Under the pieces are notes generated by a model. It did no database searches and was not told the DNA's origin. It worked only from the letters and a program-made list of their open reading frames with translations. Below are positions 39,178 through 49,869 of a DNA stretch of 64,000 nucleotides, piece after piece (position 1 is the first letter of the stretch; each line of letters begins with the position of its first letter). The stretch is from Leptonemataceae bacterium (GTDB taxonomy: Bacteria; Spirochaetota; Leptospiria; Leptospirales; Leptonemataceae), in contig OZ245742.1 of assembly GCA_965227295.1 (NCBI GenBank), forward strand, positions 1,632,001 to 1,696,000, read 5' to 3'. The position numbers were made by a program, and so were the translations under genes.

Positions 39178-41226
39178 TTAGATATTTAGAACGAGGATGG
39201 TCATGTCGTCGTGGCGGGGTTGTTCGGAACGAAAGTCCTGCTCGCTTTGAATCAGTCGCGCTACTGCTTCTCGCGGTCCGTCGGCCGTCCGCGCGATTTC
39301 CAGGATTCTCTTGTGTCCGAAGAACTCACCGGTCTGGTTTGTGCTCTCCGTAAGGCCGTCGGAGAAAAGATAGAGCGTGCTCCGGGCCTTGAGTTCCCGG
39401 CTGCGGTTCTCAATGCCTGGGTCCGCCATTAATCCCAGGATCGGCCCCGTGCGTTCCAGCCACACGTGGTCGGCCGTTGCATCGGCGGGGCCGGAGAGCA
39501 GGAGTTGCTCCGGATGTCCGGCCGCGGCGTAGACGAGGCGTCGTCGTTCCAGGTCCAGGTCGACGATAAAACACGGCAGAAAGGCCTTTAATTCGAGGAA
39601 ATCCCGGCGAATGCGGCTGTTCAGTTCTCGTAAGGCGTCCGCGGGTTGTTCGCATCGCAGCTTAACTTCTTCGTATCCAGACTTAAGAGCCATGGTGTAC
39701 AACGAGGCCTGCACGCCGTGTCCCACCGCATCGGCCAGCATGAGCCGGAGGACTCCGGGTCGAATCTCGGCGAGATCGATGAAGTCTCCGCCCACCTGAT
39801 CCAGGGGCAGGTACTCGAAGTGATACTCGATGCCGCGTGTCGGTGCGAACTCCGCGTCGTGCCGCGGCAGGATGCCCTGCTGGATGGTGCGGGCGACTGC
39901 CAGGTCTTTGTTGATCTGCGCCAGGGCGGCGCTGAGTTCCCGGGTACGTTCGCGAATCTTTTGTTCAATGGATCGATTCGTTCGTTCCAGTTCGGCGGCA
40001 TAGCGTCTTAGATTGCGTTGGGCCGCGAAGAATCGACGCACCAGGAGTACGGAGATGGCGCCGATGAGCGCGAGCAGGCCGAAGCGAAATACGAAGATGT
40101 TGCTCTGTCGCAGACCGGACGCTTCGAGGATATCGTTGCCGGCCGCAAGAATCATGAGCACGATGCCGATGAGTAAGATGCGTCCTTCGATAACGGCATG
40201 CTCATCGTCGGAAGCATTGCGCCGGAAAGCGCGGCGCGCGGCAGCGACGACGATCAGCATGGAATGTGCGAGCATGTGTACATACAGGAATGGATACCAG
40301 GCGATGGGAACGACGCCGGTAAAGAGGACGGCGGCGGTAACTGCCTGGATGATCCAGGACCAATGAAACAATCGGCGCACGATGCGATCATCGAAAAACA
40401 GAAACTCGCCGAAGAGTGCCATCGCCACCGGAATCAGAAACGGCGCATTCAACTGTGCTGTTACCATGTGCACGTCCGAAAGCGGGGCGGTGATCCAGGC
40501 CACATCGGCGAAGATCAGGGCGTGCATCATTGTAATCGCGTTGAGCAAACTGAACGAGAGCAACAATCCCGTGAGGCGCGTAAAGATCGCGACAACCAGG
40601 GAACCCAGGGCGAGCAGAAAAAACAGAAACGCCAGGAGGATGTGGTCCAGGTCCCGGCCCAGGTAGTGCAGGATCATCGCATCCCGCGGTCCCACCATCG
40701 GCACCTGGCGCAAGCCCAGGAAATGAGGATGGCCCCCGTACATGCGCAGCTCGATTAGATGTTGTCCATCTTCGGTTAAGGCGGGGAGTTCGACGATGGG
40801 AATGACACGAACCTTGCGAATGTCCGGGGACTCGGCGTGCAGAGTCGCATAGGTATGCGCGCGGCGTCCGTTGACGAAGACTTCGAGTAAGTCATAAGCG
40901 TCATCGATCAGAAGTGTTTGTCGTCTGTCGTTTGCCGGGACTTGCGTGCGCATCCAGAAGAAATTCGCGGGCTGATCGCCCCGGACCTCGTGCACATCGC
41001 TGCGGAACGCGTAGGGTTGCCAGGTGCGTTCTGGTTGGCGCTGTATCTGTCCGTCCGCGGAGATCGGCATGTCGCCCTCGGACCATTCCCAGTTACGGAG
41101 CTGGCTGGTGTCACCCGCCGGAATCACGCACGCCGTGTGCAAAAAACAAAGGCACAGCATGGCGAGCCAGGTGCATCGTCGCCGGAAAGACATACTGAAA
41201 GTTGCGTCGCCCATCGTCTTCGTCAA
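39178..41226 (-). CDS. PP2C/SpoIIE-family phosphatase with 7TM-DISM-like sensor
   Basis: Extracellular jelly-roll-like region (FWMRTQVP), about 7 TMs, coiled coil, ARTIQQGILP, VGGDF, ADAVGHGV, AGHP, LFSDGLTE, DDMT. Confidence 0.9.
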   Translation of the reverse strand: MTKTMGDATFSMSFRRRCTWLAMLCLCFLHTACVIPAGDTSQLRNWEWSEGDMPISADGQIQRQPERTWQPYAFRSDVHEVRGDQPANFFWMRTQVPANDRRQTLLIDDAYDLLEVFVNGRRAHTYATLHAESPDIRKVRVIPIVELPALTEDGQHLIELRMYGGHPHFLGLRQVPMVGPRDAMILHYLGRDLDHILLAFLFFLLALGSLVVAIFTRLTGLLLSFSLLNAITMMHALIFADVAWITAPLSDVHMVTAQLNAPFLIPVAMALFGEFLFFDDRIVRRLFHWSWIIQAVTAAVLFTGVVPIAWYPFLYVHMLAHSMLIVVAAARRAFRRNASDDEHAVIEGRILLIGIVLMILAAGNDILEASGLRQSNIFVFRFGLLALIGAISVLLVRRFFAAQRNLRRYAAELERTNRSIEQKIRERTRELSAALAQINKDLAVARTIQQGILPRHDAEFAPTRGIEYHFEYLPLDQVGGDFIDLAEIRPGVLRLMLADAVGHGVQASLYTMALKSGYEEVKLRCEQPADALRELNSRIRRDFLELKAFLPCFIVDLDLERRRLVYAAAGHPEQLLLSGPADATADHVWLERTGPILGLMADPGIENRSRELKARSTLYLFSDGLTESTNQTGEFFGHKRILEIARTADGPREAVARLIQSEQDFRSEQPRHDDMTILVLNI

Positions 41227-41374
41227 TCAGGTACGCATGCCATTGAAGAGTCTTTCGTTTTTCCGCGCGTGCTCATTCACAATGCTTCGAAACAACGTAA
41301 TTTTTTGCGGAGCGTTTCGCGTGGCGCCGATTCGCTGTTTACCATGTGTCATGGTGCGGGCTATCGCTTTTGCC

Positions 41375-43150
41375 ATGGATCGATCTCCCGTCTCTGCAAG
41401 CATTTTTCGCGCGGCGCCGTTGGTCTTCGTCGCCGTCGCCGCCGGCGTACTGCTCTGGCTCCAGGCCGGCGATAGTGTTACGGCGCAGTCTCGAAACGAT
41501 AACGCAAACGAAGCGAGCACGGAGCCGGCTGCCGGGCCGTTGGAGATTACCGATGCGAAGATCTCTTCGTTGGGAGAAACCGCGGCCGTTCTTTCGATCA
41601 AAGCGAACGGGGCCGCGCCGACGTACGCGCAAGAAGGGGAACCGGAGAATCCCGGCGGCGAATCCGAAAGTGCGCTGGAAGCTTCTTTAGAAAAAGAACT
41701 GATCGTGCTCGTCGACGGTAAGCCTGCCGAAATAGTAACCGACAGCGTGAACGCCGGGCCGGGCGGTTCCATCGTGCTGGACGTGAAGTTCCCGTTAACG
41801 GCGAATCGAGGGGATGAGGCCTCTACCGTGCAATTGCAGCATCGCGAACGCAGCAGTGCCGGCTTTCCGTTCAGCGTGCCGCCGCCGTCGCGCGCCCTGG
41901 GCGGTCCCGGCGAACAGCCGCTGATCCTTGCCGTGCAGCCCGCGGGCGGCGTCATCGGCGACACGATCACCCTCATTGTGCGGAACGCCGGGGCGAACCT
42001 CGACGACGTGCGCGTGCGTATTGATAGTCTGCGTGCCGACGCGCGGGACGCGCACGATTTCAAGTTGATTACGTTCGTGGAACCGTTTTATCTGTCGGCC
42101 GGATTGAACCAGGCCGGCGACCAGGAGTTGCGATTTACAATTCCACCGGGCGACGATCTTACGAACGGCGCGTTGCTATCGAATCGCGTGAGTTTGCAGA
42201 TGAATCGCGAGGGCCGCAAGTCTAATCGCATGCCGCTGGCCGTGGCGCAGAACGACTGGCGCCTCAAGGCCGTGGGCGTCAGCATCGTGATCATGGTTGT
42301 GATGCTGTTGATGATTTCGTTGTCGGTGCCGAATCTGAAGTACCTCCAGACGCTCATCGTGGACGGTTCGACGAAGACCTACTCGCTCTCCCGCTGCCAG
42401 GCCCTGGTCTGGACGATCATTTTGGGCGGTTCGTATATTTATCTGTCCATCGGCACCGGCCTCATCCTCGGCAACGGCATTATCCCGGAGTTCAACACGT
42501 CATTGTTGGTATTGATGGGCATCAGCTACGGCGGGCTCATCGGATCGCGCGGCGTGAGCGCTAAGTTTCCGAAAAAAGAAGCTAACAATAAGGCGGTGTC
42601 CTTTTCGAATCTCTACAGCGAGGGCGGCAAGATTTCTCTGCCCCGCCTGCAACTCGTGGTGTTTACGGTCATCGCCGTCGTAGTGTATCTGTACATTCTT
42701 TCGACGGCGGATATTATTCGTACCGGCCTGCCCGACGTGCCGGCCACGTTGCTCGGTTTGCTGGGCATTTCCCAGGGCGGTTACCTGGGGGACAAGGTCA
42801 TCGGCGACAGGCTCTCGGTGAATCACCTGTATCCGACGGCGGTGCCGCTAAATCGCGCCGGACAGAAGTTAACCCTGGTCGGCGGCGGTTTCTCCCGGGA
42901 TACGAAGATCCTTTTCGAGGTCGAGGACGGCGAAACGGACGGCGCTTCCACGGAACCCCGGGCGGCGGAGTTCCTGAATCCGAGCTCGGTGGCCGTGGAA
43001 CTGCCGGCCTTTGCGAGCGCCGGGCCGAAGACGATCGTGGTAATCCCGCCGTCGGGGCCGAGTGTTACGTTAAGGGGATTGTTGGAAGTGCGCGGCGCGG
43101 CGAACGCGGACGCGGCTCCATCGGAACCACAGGCTCCGGCCTCCGGTTAG
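41375..43150 (+). CDS. Membrane protein with Ig/IPT-TIG-like domains and duplicated TM module
   Basis: N-terminal TM, PLILAVQPAGG..GDTITLI (IPT-like), central multi-TM region, C-terminal LYPTAV...GQKLTLVGGGF...F..F.NPSSV (IPT-like). Start uncertain (ATG 41375 chosen). Confidence 0.7.
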   Translation: MDRSPVSASIFRAAPLVFVAVAAGVLLWLQAGDSVTAQSRNDNANEASTEPAAGPLEITDAKISSLGETAAVLSIKANGAAPTYAQEGEPENPGGESESALEASLEKELIVLVDGKPAEIVTDSVNAGPGGSIVLDVKFPLTANRGDEASTVQLQHRERSSAGFPFSVPPPSRALGGPGEQPLILAVQPAGGVIGDTITLIVRNAGANLDDVRVRIDSLRADARDAHDFKLITFVEPFYLSAGLNQAGDQELRFTIPPGDDLTNGALLSNRVSLQMNREGRKSNRMPLAVAQNDWRLKAVGVSIVIMVVMLLMISLSVPNLKYLQTLIVDGSTKTYSLSRCQALVWTIILGGSYIYLSIGTGLILGNGIIPEFNTSLLVLMGISYGGLIGSRGVSAKFPKKEANNKAVSFSNLYSEGGKISLPRLQLVVFTVIAVVVYLYILSTADIIRTGLPDVPATLLGLLGISQGGYLGDKVIGDRLSVNHLYPTAVPLNRAGQKLTLVGGGFSRDTKILFEVEDGETDGASTEPRAAEFLNPSSVAVELPAFASAGPKTIVVIPPSGPSVTLRGLLEVRGAANADAAPSEPQAPASG

Positions 43151-43216
43151 TATTCTTTTGTAAGTATTTAGTAGTTTGTATCTATTGACGGCGTCGATTT
43201 TTTCGTCCCATGCGGC

Positions 43217-44746
43217 ATGCGTAGTTTTCTTCGGCGTACTGCCGTACTCGTTGCTCTTCTCTGCCTTGTTCAATGCCAGGCGCTCGCTTCATGTTTGGGG
43301 ACGTTCTTTCAGGGCGTGGCCACCTGCACGGCCTGGGGGCGGCCGGAGTGCAATCGTTGCATTCCGGATATGGAACAGGCGTTTGATGATCTGAGCGGCT
43401 TCGGCGATCATATGGGTTTTCGGAGTACCGGGGCCTTGACAGATGACACGACCCTGGCCAAGAATCTACACTTCCAGGGAGTGCAACGGATCGCGTTGCC
43501 GGGTTCGGTACACCTTGTCATTTCAAGCGACCCGGAACCTTTCGGAAGACTGTCCTTTGCTGCATTGAATTCACGAAGTGGCGATGGGTATCGCTTTCGC
43601 AGCAATCGTTTATCTTCTGAAGGTCCTGATTGGGAAAATAGCCCGCCGCCCAATGATCGCGTGATTGCAAGCTTTGCCACCGAGAACACCGGTCACCCGG
43701 GCGGGATGCAAAGTGTCGGAAACCATCTCTTTGTAGGAGAAGACCGGCCGTCCAGCGGTGGGCCAAAGCTCAGGGTGTATCGCCTGGAAAACATTCAGCC
43801 CCAGGTGCAGCCGGTATTGACCAGGGTATCGAGCACGGAGTTGAGTATGGCGAAGACAAGTTTTGCGGGCGCCACTCGATTAACCGACGGTCGTTACCTG
43901 ATTATGGCGGGACGCTCGGACGAAACGAACATCAATGACCTCCGACTGTTGTTTTTTCTTTCACAAGGCGTGAATGATGTGCGGCCCGACGAAAGTTCGG
44001 CCTTTCTCTGGCGCGCACAACCGCAGCATGGGGATAACACGGTTCCGTTGGAAGTTCCGCAAGGCGAGCCTTTTCTGAAAGTTCAGTATTCGAACATGGA
44101 TCTCGTGTCAGATTGCGCCGGCCGGCAGTTCTTGTTGGGAATGGGGGAACGCAAGACTGGCCGGCATAGATTGCATCTCTTTCGCGTGGAGGATACCGTC
44201 TCCGAGAGCATCGATGACGTGAAGATCACGTTCATAAAGGAAAAGCGGATGTTCTGCCACACCGAACAAAAGTTCGGCTGCCGTTTCTCCGCCGCGGCCG
44301 GCAGCTATGTCGATCCCGACGGCAAACTGTTGATCTATGCATCCGAGGATTTCGAAGACGGCCCCGGCAGGTCGGTGCGCATGAAGGAGTTTCGCACAAA
44401 GTTCCCGGTGAAAGCCGGCTGCACTGAGGAGAACGGCTGGATCGCGTACTTCAAAGAAGAGAACTTCGAAGGTGCGCAGATGATCGTCGATCTACAGGAC
44501 GGAACCGCGCGCAATTACGCGGACCTCGATGAGGCTTACAAGTTTGATAATCGCACGTCGTCGATCGCGCACTGTATGCCGCCGGCTTTTTCCGTAGAGC
44601 ACTTTGACGGAAAGAGTTTCGAAAACAAGCTGTTTCAGGTCAACGGGACGGGGAGCCTGGAGCTGATGCCCCAACTCGGGGAGCATCATGATCGAATTAC
44701 TTCTTTGCGGGCCTTAAAGGTCGTTTTCGTCGGCCCCGATGGCTGA
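43217..44746 (+). CDS. Secreted protein with C-terminal beta/gamma-crystallin-like domain
   Basis: Signal peptide and Cys-rich N-terminus. C-terminal FKEENFEG...FDNRTSSI and FDGKSFEN...HDRITSLR resemble paired Greek-key motifs. Confidence 0.7.
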   Translation: MRSFLRRTAVLVALLCLVQCQALASCLGTFFQGVATCTAWGRPECNRCIPDMEQAFDDLSGFGDHMGFRSTGALTDDTTLAKNLHFQGVQRIALPGSVHLVISSDPEPFGRLSFAALNSRSGDGYRFRSNRLSSEGPDWENSPPPNDRVIASFATENTGHPGGMQSVGNHLFVGEDRPSSGGPKLRVYRLENIQPQVQPVLTRVSSTELSMAKTSFAGATRLTDGRYLIMAGRSDETNINDLRLLFFLSQGVNDVRPDESSAFLWRAQPQHGDNTVPLEVPQGEPFLKVQYSNMDLVSDCAGRQFLLGMGERKTGRHRLHLFRVEDTVSESIDDVKITFIKEKRMFCHTEQKFGCRFSAAAGSYVDPDGKLLIYASEDFEDGPGRSVRMKEFRTKFPVKAGCTEENGWIAYFKEENFEGAQMIVDLQDGTARNYADLDEAYKFDNRTSSIAHCMPPAFSVEHFDGKSFENKLFQVNGTGSLELMPQLGEHHDRITSLRALKVVFVGPDG

Positions 44747-44800
44747 ACCCTGCCGACCGCCGCGTTGCACGGCAGCCAGCAAGGCTTATTTGAGTGATTG

Positions 44801-45205
44801 TTAATACGTAACAACGCGCGGCAGTTTCTTCGCGGAAGCGATCCAGCCGGCGACGCGTTTTGCCCCGGGCATCTGGCGCACGAGTTTCTTTTTCGCGTTC
44901 GTCTTTTCCAGGGCCTCGTAGAGGTTGTCCGCCTTCCGCTGGGCCAGTTCCGGAACGGTGTCCACACCCGCTTCTTCCAGGAGGTCGGCGTACTCTTCGC
45001 CGATGCCGCTGACGCGGAAAAGATCCACATGGTTCACCCATTCGAGGATGAGCTTCGGGCTGATGCCGGATTCTTTTGCAATGTCCTTGCGGCCTTGCGG
45101 GGTCGAGCCCTTCTGCAAGAGTGCGCCGGTGGTCTTGACGCCGATTTTCGCGAGTTTGCCCGCGTAGGTTTTACCGATACCTTCTACTTTTTCGAGATTC
45201 GCCAT
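44801..45205 (-). CDS. DUF4332 helix-hairpin-helix protein
   Basis: VEGIGKTYAGKL...I.TT..LL, WVNHVDLFRVSGIGEEYADLLEEAGVDTVPELAQR. Confidence 0.88.
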   Translation of the reverse strand: MANLEKVEGIGKTYAGKLAKIGVKTTGALLQKGSTPQGRKDIAKESGISPKLILEWVNHVDLFRVSGIGEEYADLLEEAGVDTVPELAQRKADNLYEALEKTNAKKKLVRQMPGAKRVAGWIASAKKLPRVVTY

Positions 45206-45250
45206 CTTGTTAACCTGCTTTCTCCTTAACTTTAGATCGTTGACGGTTTT

Positions 45251-45847
45251 CTATTTCAGGAAGCTGCCGAGGAGCTTGCCGCCGATGTTCACCAGGTCGT
45301 CGGTCATGTCTCCGTCGTCGTCCATGTCGAGGAGTTTGCCCAGCACGCCGACGGCGTCCGGTTCCTGCTCTTCGACTTTTTGTTTTTCCTGGCCCAGCAG
45401 TTGCGCGAGACCGGCCGCATCGAGGCTCTCTTCGCGTTTGACCTTGCCCACCGCGCCGAGTACCACCGGCGCGAGCATGGTGAGCACCTGGGAGACCTGT
45501 CCCGAGTCCAGGCCGCTCACCTTGCTGAGACCGGATTCCACGACGTTCTTTTGCCCGCCGAGAACGTGCTTCAGAATGGCCGCGCCGTCACTCGTGTTGC
45601 CGCCCTGGCCGAGGAAGCCGGCGACATCTTCCAGCACGGAGCCGTCGTGATCTTTCTCAAGAGCGCCGGCGAGGGCGCTGGCGCCGCCTTTGTCCTGAGC
45701 ATTCTTCGCGAGGGCCTGAATCAATAACGGCAGCGCACCGGAGATGGCTGCCTGGGTCTTGGTTTGATCGAGGCCGAGCTGATCGCCGAGCGCCGATACC
45801 GCGTTCTGGCCGAGCTGACCTGCCAGAAGATCGATAACACTATTCAC
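45251..45847 (-). CDS. DUF937-domain protein
   Basis: ALPLLIQALAKN, GASALAGALEKDHDGS, DGAAILKHVLG, MLAPVVLG, C-terminal LDMDDDG. GTG start preceded by GAGGAG. Confidence 0.88.
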   Translation of the reverse strand: MNSVIDLLAGQLGQNAVSALGDQLGLDQTKTQAAISGALPLLIQALAKNAQDKGGASALAGALEKDHDGSVLEDVAGFLGQGGNTSDGAAILKHVLGGQKNVVESGLSKVSGLDSGQVSQVLTMLAPVVLGAVGKVKREESLDAAGLAQLLGQEKQKVEEQEPDAVGVLGKLLDMDDDGDMTDDLVNIGGKLLGSFLK

Positions 45848-46095
45848 AATATTTCTCCTCCGTTCGCAGGCATTCGGAGTTTGCAGAACCTCAAACATCA
45901 AGATTTTTTTCATAATTTGCGGTTTGCGCGTGCGAAAAATGCCCTGGAAACCCTTGCTAATGGTTTTCTAACAGAAAACACGTGGACAAAGATGAGAACA
46001 TGAATGAACTTTATAAATCAACGCGCGATTCGCGATGCAAATGACATGCGGATAGGAACGAATCTCTGAACGGACGAACGGAAAACGAGACGCGT

Positions 46096-48174
46096 GTGCA
46101 CGCTGCGCGTCTGGCGGCACTCGTGGAGAATCTCAACGACGGCGTCCTGGTAGAGAGCGATGATCGTCGCATTCTGCTCGTAAATGAGAGATTCCTGGAG
46201 CTCTTCGGAATATCCACTCCGCCGGAGCATCTCATCGGCGCGGATTGTACGCGCAGTGCCGAAGAAAACAAACATCACTTCGCCGATCCCCAGGGTTTTG
46301 TCGAACGTATCAACGAAATCCTCGCCGCGCGGGAAGTCGTGCGTAACGAAGAGCTTGCGTTGACGGATGATCGCTACTATCAGCGCGACTACATCCCCAC
46401 GTATCTCGACGGCACGTATCGCGGCCACATGTGGGTGTACCGCGACGTAACGGATCATCGTCGGCGCGAATTGGAGATGCACGAGCAGTTTGTACGATTG
46501 CAACTCGTGCGCAACCTGGCAACGCACATCGGCGCGGGGACAAGCCTGTACGAAATCATTGAGACCGCGGTTCAGGAAATCGCGCACTACTTCCCGAACT
46601 ATCGCGTCTGCTACGGCACCATCGACGAAGCCGGGATGTTGCGCATCATCTACGCCGTGCAGCCGGAGGAGATGCCGGACTTCACCGGCCTCAGCTCGGA
46701 TTTGAGTCGGGCCCCGGATTACCTGTCGATGTTGCGGAAGGGAGACGTCGTTTCCGTGGCGGACGCCGCGCGGGATCCGCTGGTTCAAGCATTCGCGGAG
46801 CCCTTCAGCCCGGGGGCCGTGGGCGCGACCCTGGATGTTCCCGTCCGTCATCCGGAGGATCTCGCGGGCATTCTCTGTTTGGACGCGCATCATCCGCACG
46901 AATGGACGTCGCACGAGGAACTGACGCTGCGGGAGATCAGCCGCTTCCTGAGCCTGGCGTTGCGCGACAGTTACATCCACGACGAATTGCAGCGGGCGCG
47001 CGTGCGTGCGGACGATGCCAGTCGAGCGAAGAGCGAGTTCCTGGCGAACATGAGTCACGAGATTCGCACGCCGCTCAACGCCCTGTTGGGCATGTCCGAG
47101 GCGCTGAGCGAAACCGAACTCAAGCCGGAACAAAGCGAGTACCTCGAAGTCAGCCGCCGCGCCGGCGAGGCGTTGCTTACGCTCATCAATGACATCCTGG
47201 ATTTTTCGAAGATCGAAGCCGGTCACCTGGAACTGGACGCCGCTCCGTTTCGAGTGGACGACGCCGTGCGTTCGACCCTGGCGATGTTTCAGCCGCGCGC
47301 CCGGGGCAAGGACCTTGAACTCCTCTACGAACGCGGTTCCGGTGTGCCGGCCCTGGTTTCCGGCGACGTGTTGCGTCTGCGGCAGATCCTGATCAACCTG
47401 ATCGGCAACGCGGTGAAGTTTACAGAAGTCGGTCACGTCCGCACGTCGGTGGCATTGCTCGCCGGGGCCGCGGAGAGCGGTGATGAACTGGTGCTGGAGT
47501 TTACTATAGAAGACACCGGCCCCGGTATTCCACCGGAGCAGCGCGCGGCTATCTTTGAAGCCTTTCGTCAGGCCGATGCGTCCATCACCCGGCGTCACGG
47601 CGGCTCCGGCCTCGGCCTCGCCATCTCACGACGACTGGCCGCGCTCATGGGCGGCACGCTCTATCTCGACGAGAGCCGTTCCGCCGAACAAAGCGGTTCC
47701 GTCTTTCGTTTCACCGCGCGCTTCGCCCCCGTCACGATGGATGTCGAAGTGCCGCGGCAGGTCGTCGTGCGCGAGGACGTTACCGCGCAGCCCCGGCGCA
47801 TCCTGGTGGCCGAGGACAACGCGGACAACCGGCGTTTGTTGGAAGTCTTCTTGCGTGAAACCCCGCACTCCGTTACGTACGTGGAAAACGGTCGCGAGGC
47901 GGTAGAGGAGGCGCAGGCCTGCGAATTCGATTTAGTGCTGATGGACATTGAGATGCCGGAGATGGACGGGCTCACCGCCGTGCGGGCAATCCGCCGCCGC
48001 GAAGCGGAGACGTCTCAGTCTTCCGTGCGCATCCTGGCCCTGTCCGCCCACGCCTTCAAAGAAGACGTCGATCGATGTTTGCAGGCCGGTTGTGACGATT
48101 ATCTGGCGAAGCCCGTCCGCAAACAGAAGCTGCTGGAAACCATTGCGAAGTATTGCGGCGCGCGATCTGACTGA
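46096..48174 (+). CDS. Hybrid sensor histidine kinase (PAS-GAF-HisKA-HATPase-REC)
   Basis: [46 protein letters not shown]; receiver ILVAEDN...[11 protein letters not shown]...KP. Confidence 0.96.
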   Translation: MHAARLAALVENLNDGVLVESDDRRILLVNERFLELFGISTPPEHLIGADCTRSAEENKHHFADPQGFVERINEILAAREVVRNEELALTDDRYYQRDYIPTYLDGTYRGHMWVYRDVTDHRRRELEMHEQFVRLQLVRNLATHIGAGTSLYEIIETAVQEIAHYFPNYRVCYGTIDEAGMLRIIYAVQPEEMPDFTGLSSDLSRAPDYLSMLRKGDVVSVADAARDPLVQAFAEPFSPGAVGATLDVPVRHPEDLAGILCLDAHHPHEWTSHEELTLREISRFLSLALRDSYIHDELQRARVRADDASRAKSEFLANMSHEIRTPLNALLGMSEALSETELKPEQSEYLEVSRRAGEALLTLINDILDFSKIEAGHLELDAAPFRVDDAVRSTLAMFQPRARGKDLELLYERGSGVPALVSGDVLRLRQILINLIGNAVKFTEVGHVRTSVALLAGAAESGDELVLEFTIEDTGPGIPPEQRAAIFEAFRQADASITRRHGGSGLGLAISRRLAALMGGTLYLDESRSAEQSGSVFRFTARFAPVTMDVEVPRQVVVREDVTAQPRRILVAEDNADNRRLLEVFLRETPHSVTYVENGREAVEEAQACEFDLVLMDIEMPEMDGLTAVRAIRRREAETSQSSVRILALSAHAFKEDVDRCLQAGCDDYLAKPVRKQKLLETIAKYCGARSD

Positions 48175-48198
48175 TATGCGGTTCGGGGAGCACGATCG

Positions 48199-49671
48199 TC
48201 AGCGTTCCTGAATTTCGCGGAACTCCGCTTCGAACGTTCCCGCCGTCATCTTAAACGCGTCTTCCGTGGTAAGATTAAAGAACTCCAGCGCCGCCGGGGC
48301 GATGCTGAAGAAACTCAGGCGCCCGTCGAGATAACCGGCCATGGCGTTGGCAAGATATACGATCATCACCAGGTCGCGGTGTTCGTCCGGGCTGCGCAGG
48401 GGGCTGTGATGATGTTCAATGGGATGGCGGAGGATCTCCGGAAACTTCCACTTATGCGCAAGTAGCGCTCCGATGAGGGCGTGGCCGGCGCCGCAGGCCA
48501 GTTCTTCGAGACGAATGCGACCGCGCAGATCGCGGTCCTTCGAAAGATGGTCCAGATCCTCGCGTAACTCCATGGCCGAAAGCAGGACCACCTTGCCGAT
48601 GTCGTGGAGCAGTCCGGCGACGTAGGCGTAGTCGGCGAGTTTCGCGCGTTCACTCTTGCGGGCCAGGGCTCGCGAGAAGTAGCCCACGCGAATCGGATGT
48701 TGTGTGAGCTCGTCGCTGTCACCGTAGCGATTCAGAAGAATTTCAAAGCTGCCGATTTGCAGCAGAAACTGGGAGACATGCTTGAGCCCGACGACCTTCA
48801 CGGCCTCCCCGAGGTCCACGATGCGTCCGCCGGCGAAACCGCCGCTGTTCGCCAGACGAATCATTTGTCCGGCCATGGCCTGGTCCTGGGAAATTTCCCC
48901 GGCGATTTGTTTGATGCTGGAGTCCGGCGACTCGCAGAGCTCACGGATCTTCACGAGGTGATCCGGCAGGGTGGGAAGGTTCGTGACCTCGGCGATGATA
49001 CCCTGTTCAATCTCTTTGAGTTTTTCCTGAGGCGGGAGCTTCAGCGGCACCTCGAACGTAAACTCGGTGCGTTTTTCATCGTGGTCGTACCATAATAGAT
49101 GGCGAGAGATGCCGGCACTACGCATGGACAGGAGCGCGAGAATCAAACCGTAGCCGCGCCCGGTATCCGTGGCGAGCTGTTGTTCGCCGAGTCCCTCGAT
49201 GTTCTTGTGTTTCGCACCGAGAGCGATGCGTTCGTCGATGCGGGCCCGGTCTTCCTCGGAGAGAGCGCCGCGGTTCGCGATGGAAATCGTGAGGGCGTCG
49301 CCGCCCTGCTCGGCGCGCACAACGATGGGCGCCGGGCCCTTCTGCGGCAGTTCCCGCCGCATGCGCTTCTGTTCTTTGGGATTTCCGCGTAGACCGCGAA
49401 GGTTTTGTGCCGTCGCGGGATCCAGTCTGGCGCGTCCCGACTTCTGGAGATACGCGCCGACGAAAACGGCGTTCTCCGCGTTCTGCAGCAACTCTTTCAA
49501 TACAAAGAGCACGGCGTTTTCAATGTGATTCTGTCCCGTGTTCGCCAGGACACTGCCGACGAGCCCGCCCACCACGTGTTCTTCGGGACAGCCCAGGGAG
49601 TACATCGGAACCTCGATCTTGCGCCCGGCAGCGAGGTCTTCCACCAGTCGAATGTAATCGCGCAGTTCCAT
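48199..49671 (-). CDS. HDOD-domain protein with N-terminal HATPase-like domain
   Basis: KELLQNAENA, ISIANRG, GRGYGLIL (GHKL-like), then LPTLP, IRLANS, AGLLHDIGKVVL, HALIG.LLAHKWKFP, HHH.P. Confidence 0.88.
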   Translation of the reverse strand: MELRDYIRLVEDLAAGRKIEVPMYSLGCPEEHVVGGLVGSVLANTGQNHIENAVLFVLKELLQNAENAVFVGAYLQKSGRARLDPATAQNLRGLRGNPKEQKRMRRELPQKGPAPIVVRAEQGGDALTISIANRGALSEEDRARIDERIALGAKHKNIEGLGEQQLATDTGRGYGLILALLSMRSAGISRHLLWYDHDEKRTEFTFEVPLKLPPQEKLKEIEQGIIAEVTNLPTLPDHLVKIRELCESPDSSIKQIAGEISQDQAMAGQMIRLANSGGFAGGRIVDLGEAVKVVGLKHVSQFLLQIGSFEILLNRYGDSDELTQHPIRVGYFSRALARKSERAKLADYAYVAGLLHDIGKVVLLSAMELREDLDHLSKDRDLRGRIRLEELACGAGHALIGALLAHKWKFPEILRHPIEHHHSPLRSPDEHRDLVMIVYLANAMAGYLDGRLSFFSIAPAALEFFNLTTEDAFKMTAGTFEAEFREIQER

Positions 49672-49703
49672 AGCCGAGAACGCCGGAAGTCGGCGGTCTT
49701 TTA

Positions 49704-49731
49704 TTATCGGCGCCGCACGGTACCGGGATTA
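49704..49731 (-). promoter_or_regulatory. Candidate sigma-28-like promoter upstream of the HDOD gene
   Basis: Minus strand TAAT-N16-GCCGATAA, 32 bp before the start codon. Confidence 0.45.
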
Positions 49732-49869
49732 CGTCACGCTCGCGTGCGCATTTTCTCGATTGTCACATTCTATTTATGAAAATCGCTTGAAGCACCTTGT
49801 ATAATAGTGCATACTCCGCCCTTTATGTCCGGCCCGCCGGACTTCCGCCGCGGCGAAATTCGTACTCCC

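Noticed and set aside
46035..46096. Possible frameshifted N-terminus of the hybrid kinase (out-of-frame ATG near 46046)
   Set aside because: The GTG start at 46096 already gives an intact PAS domain, so there is no evidence that an extension is needed.
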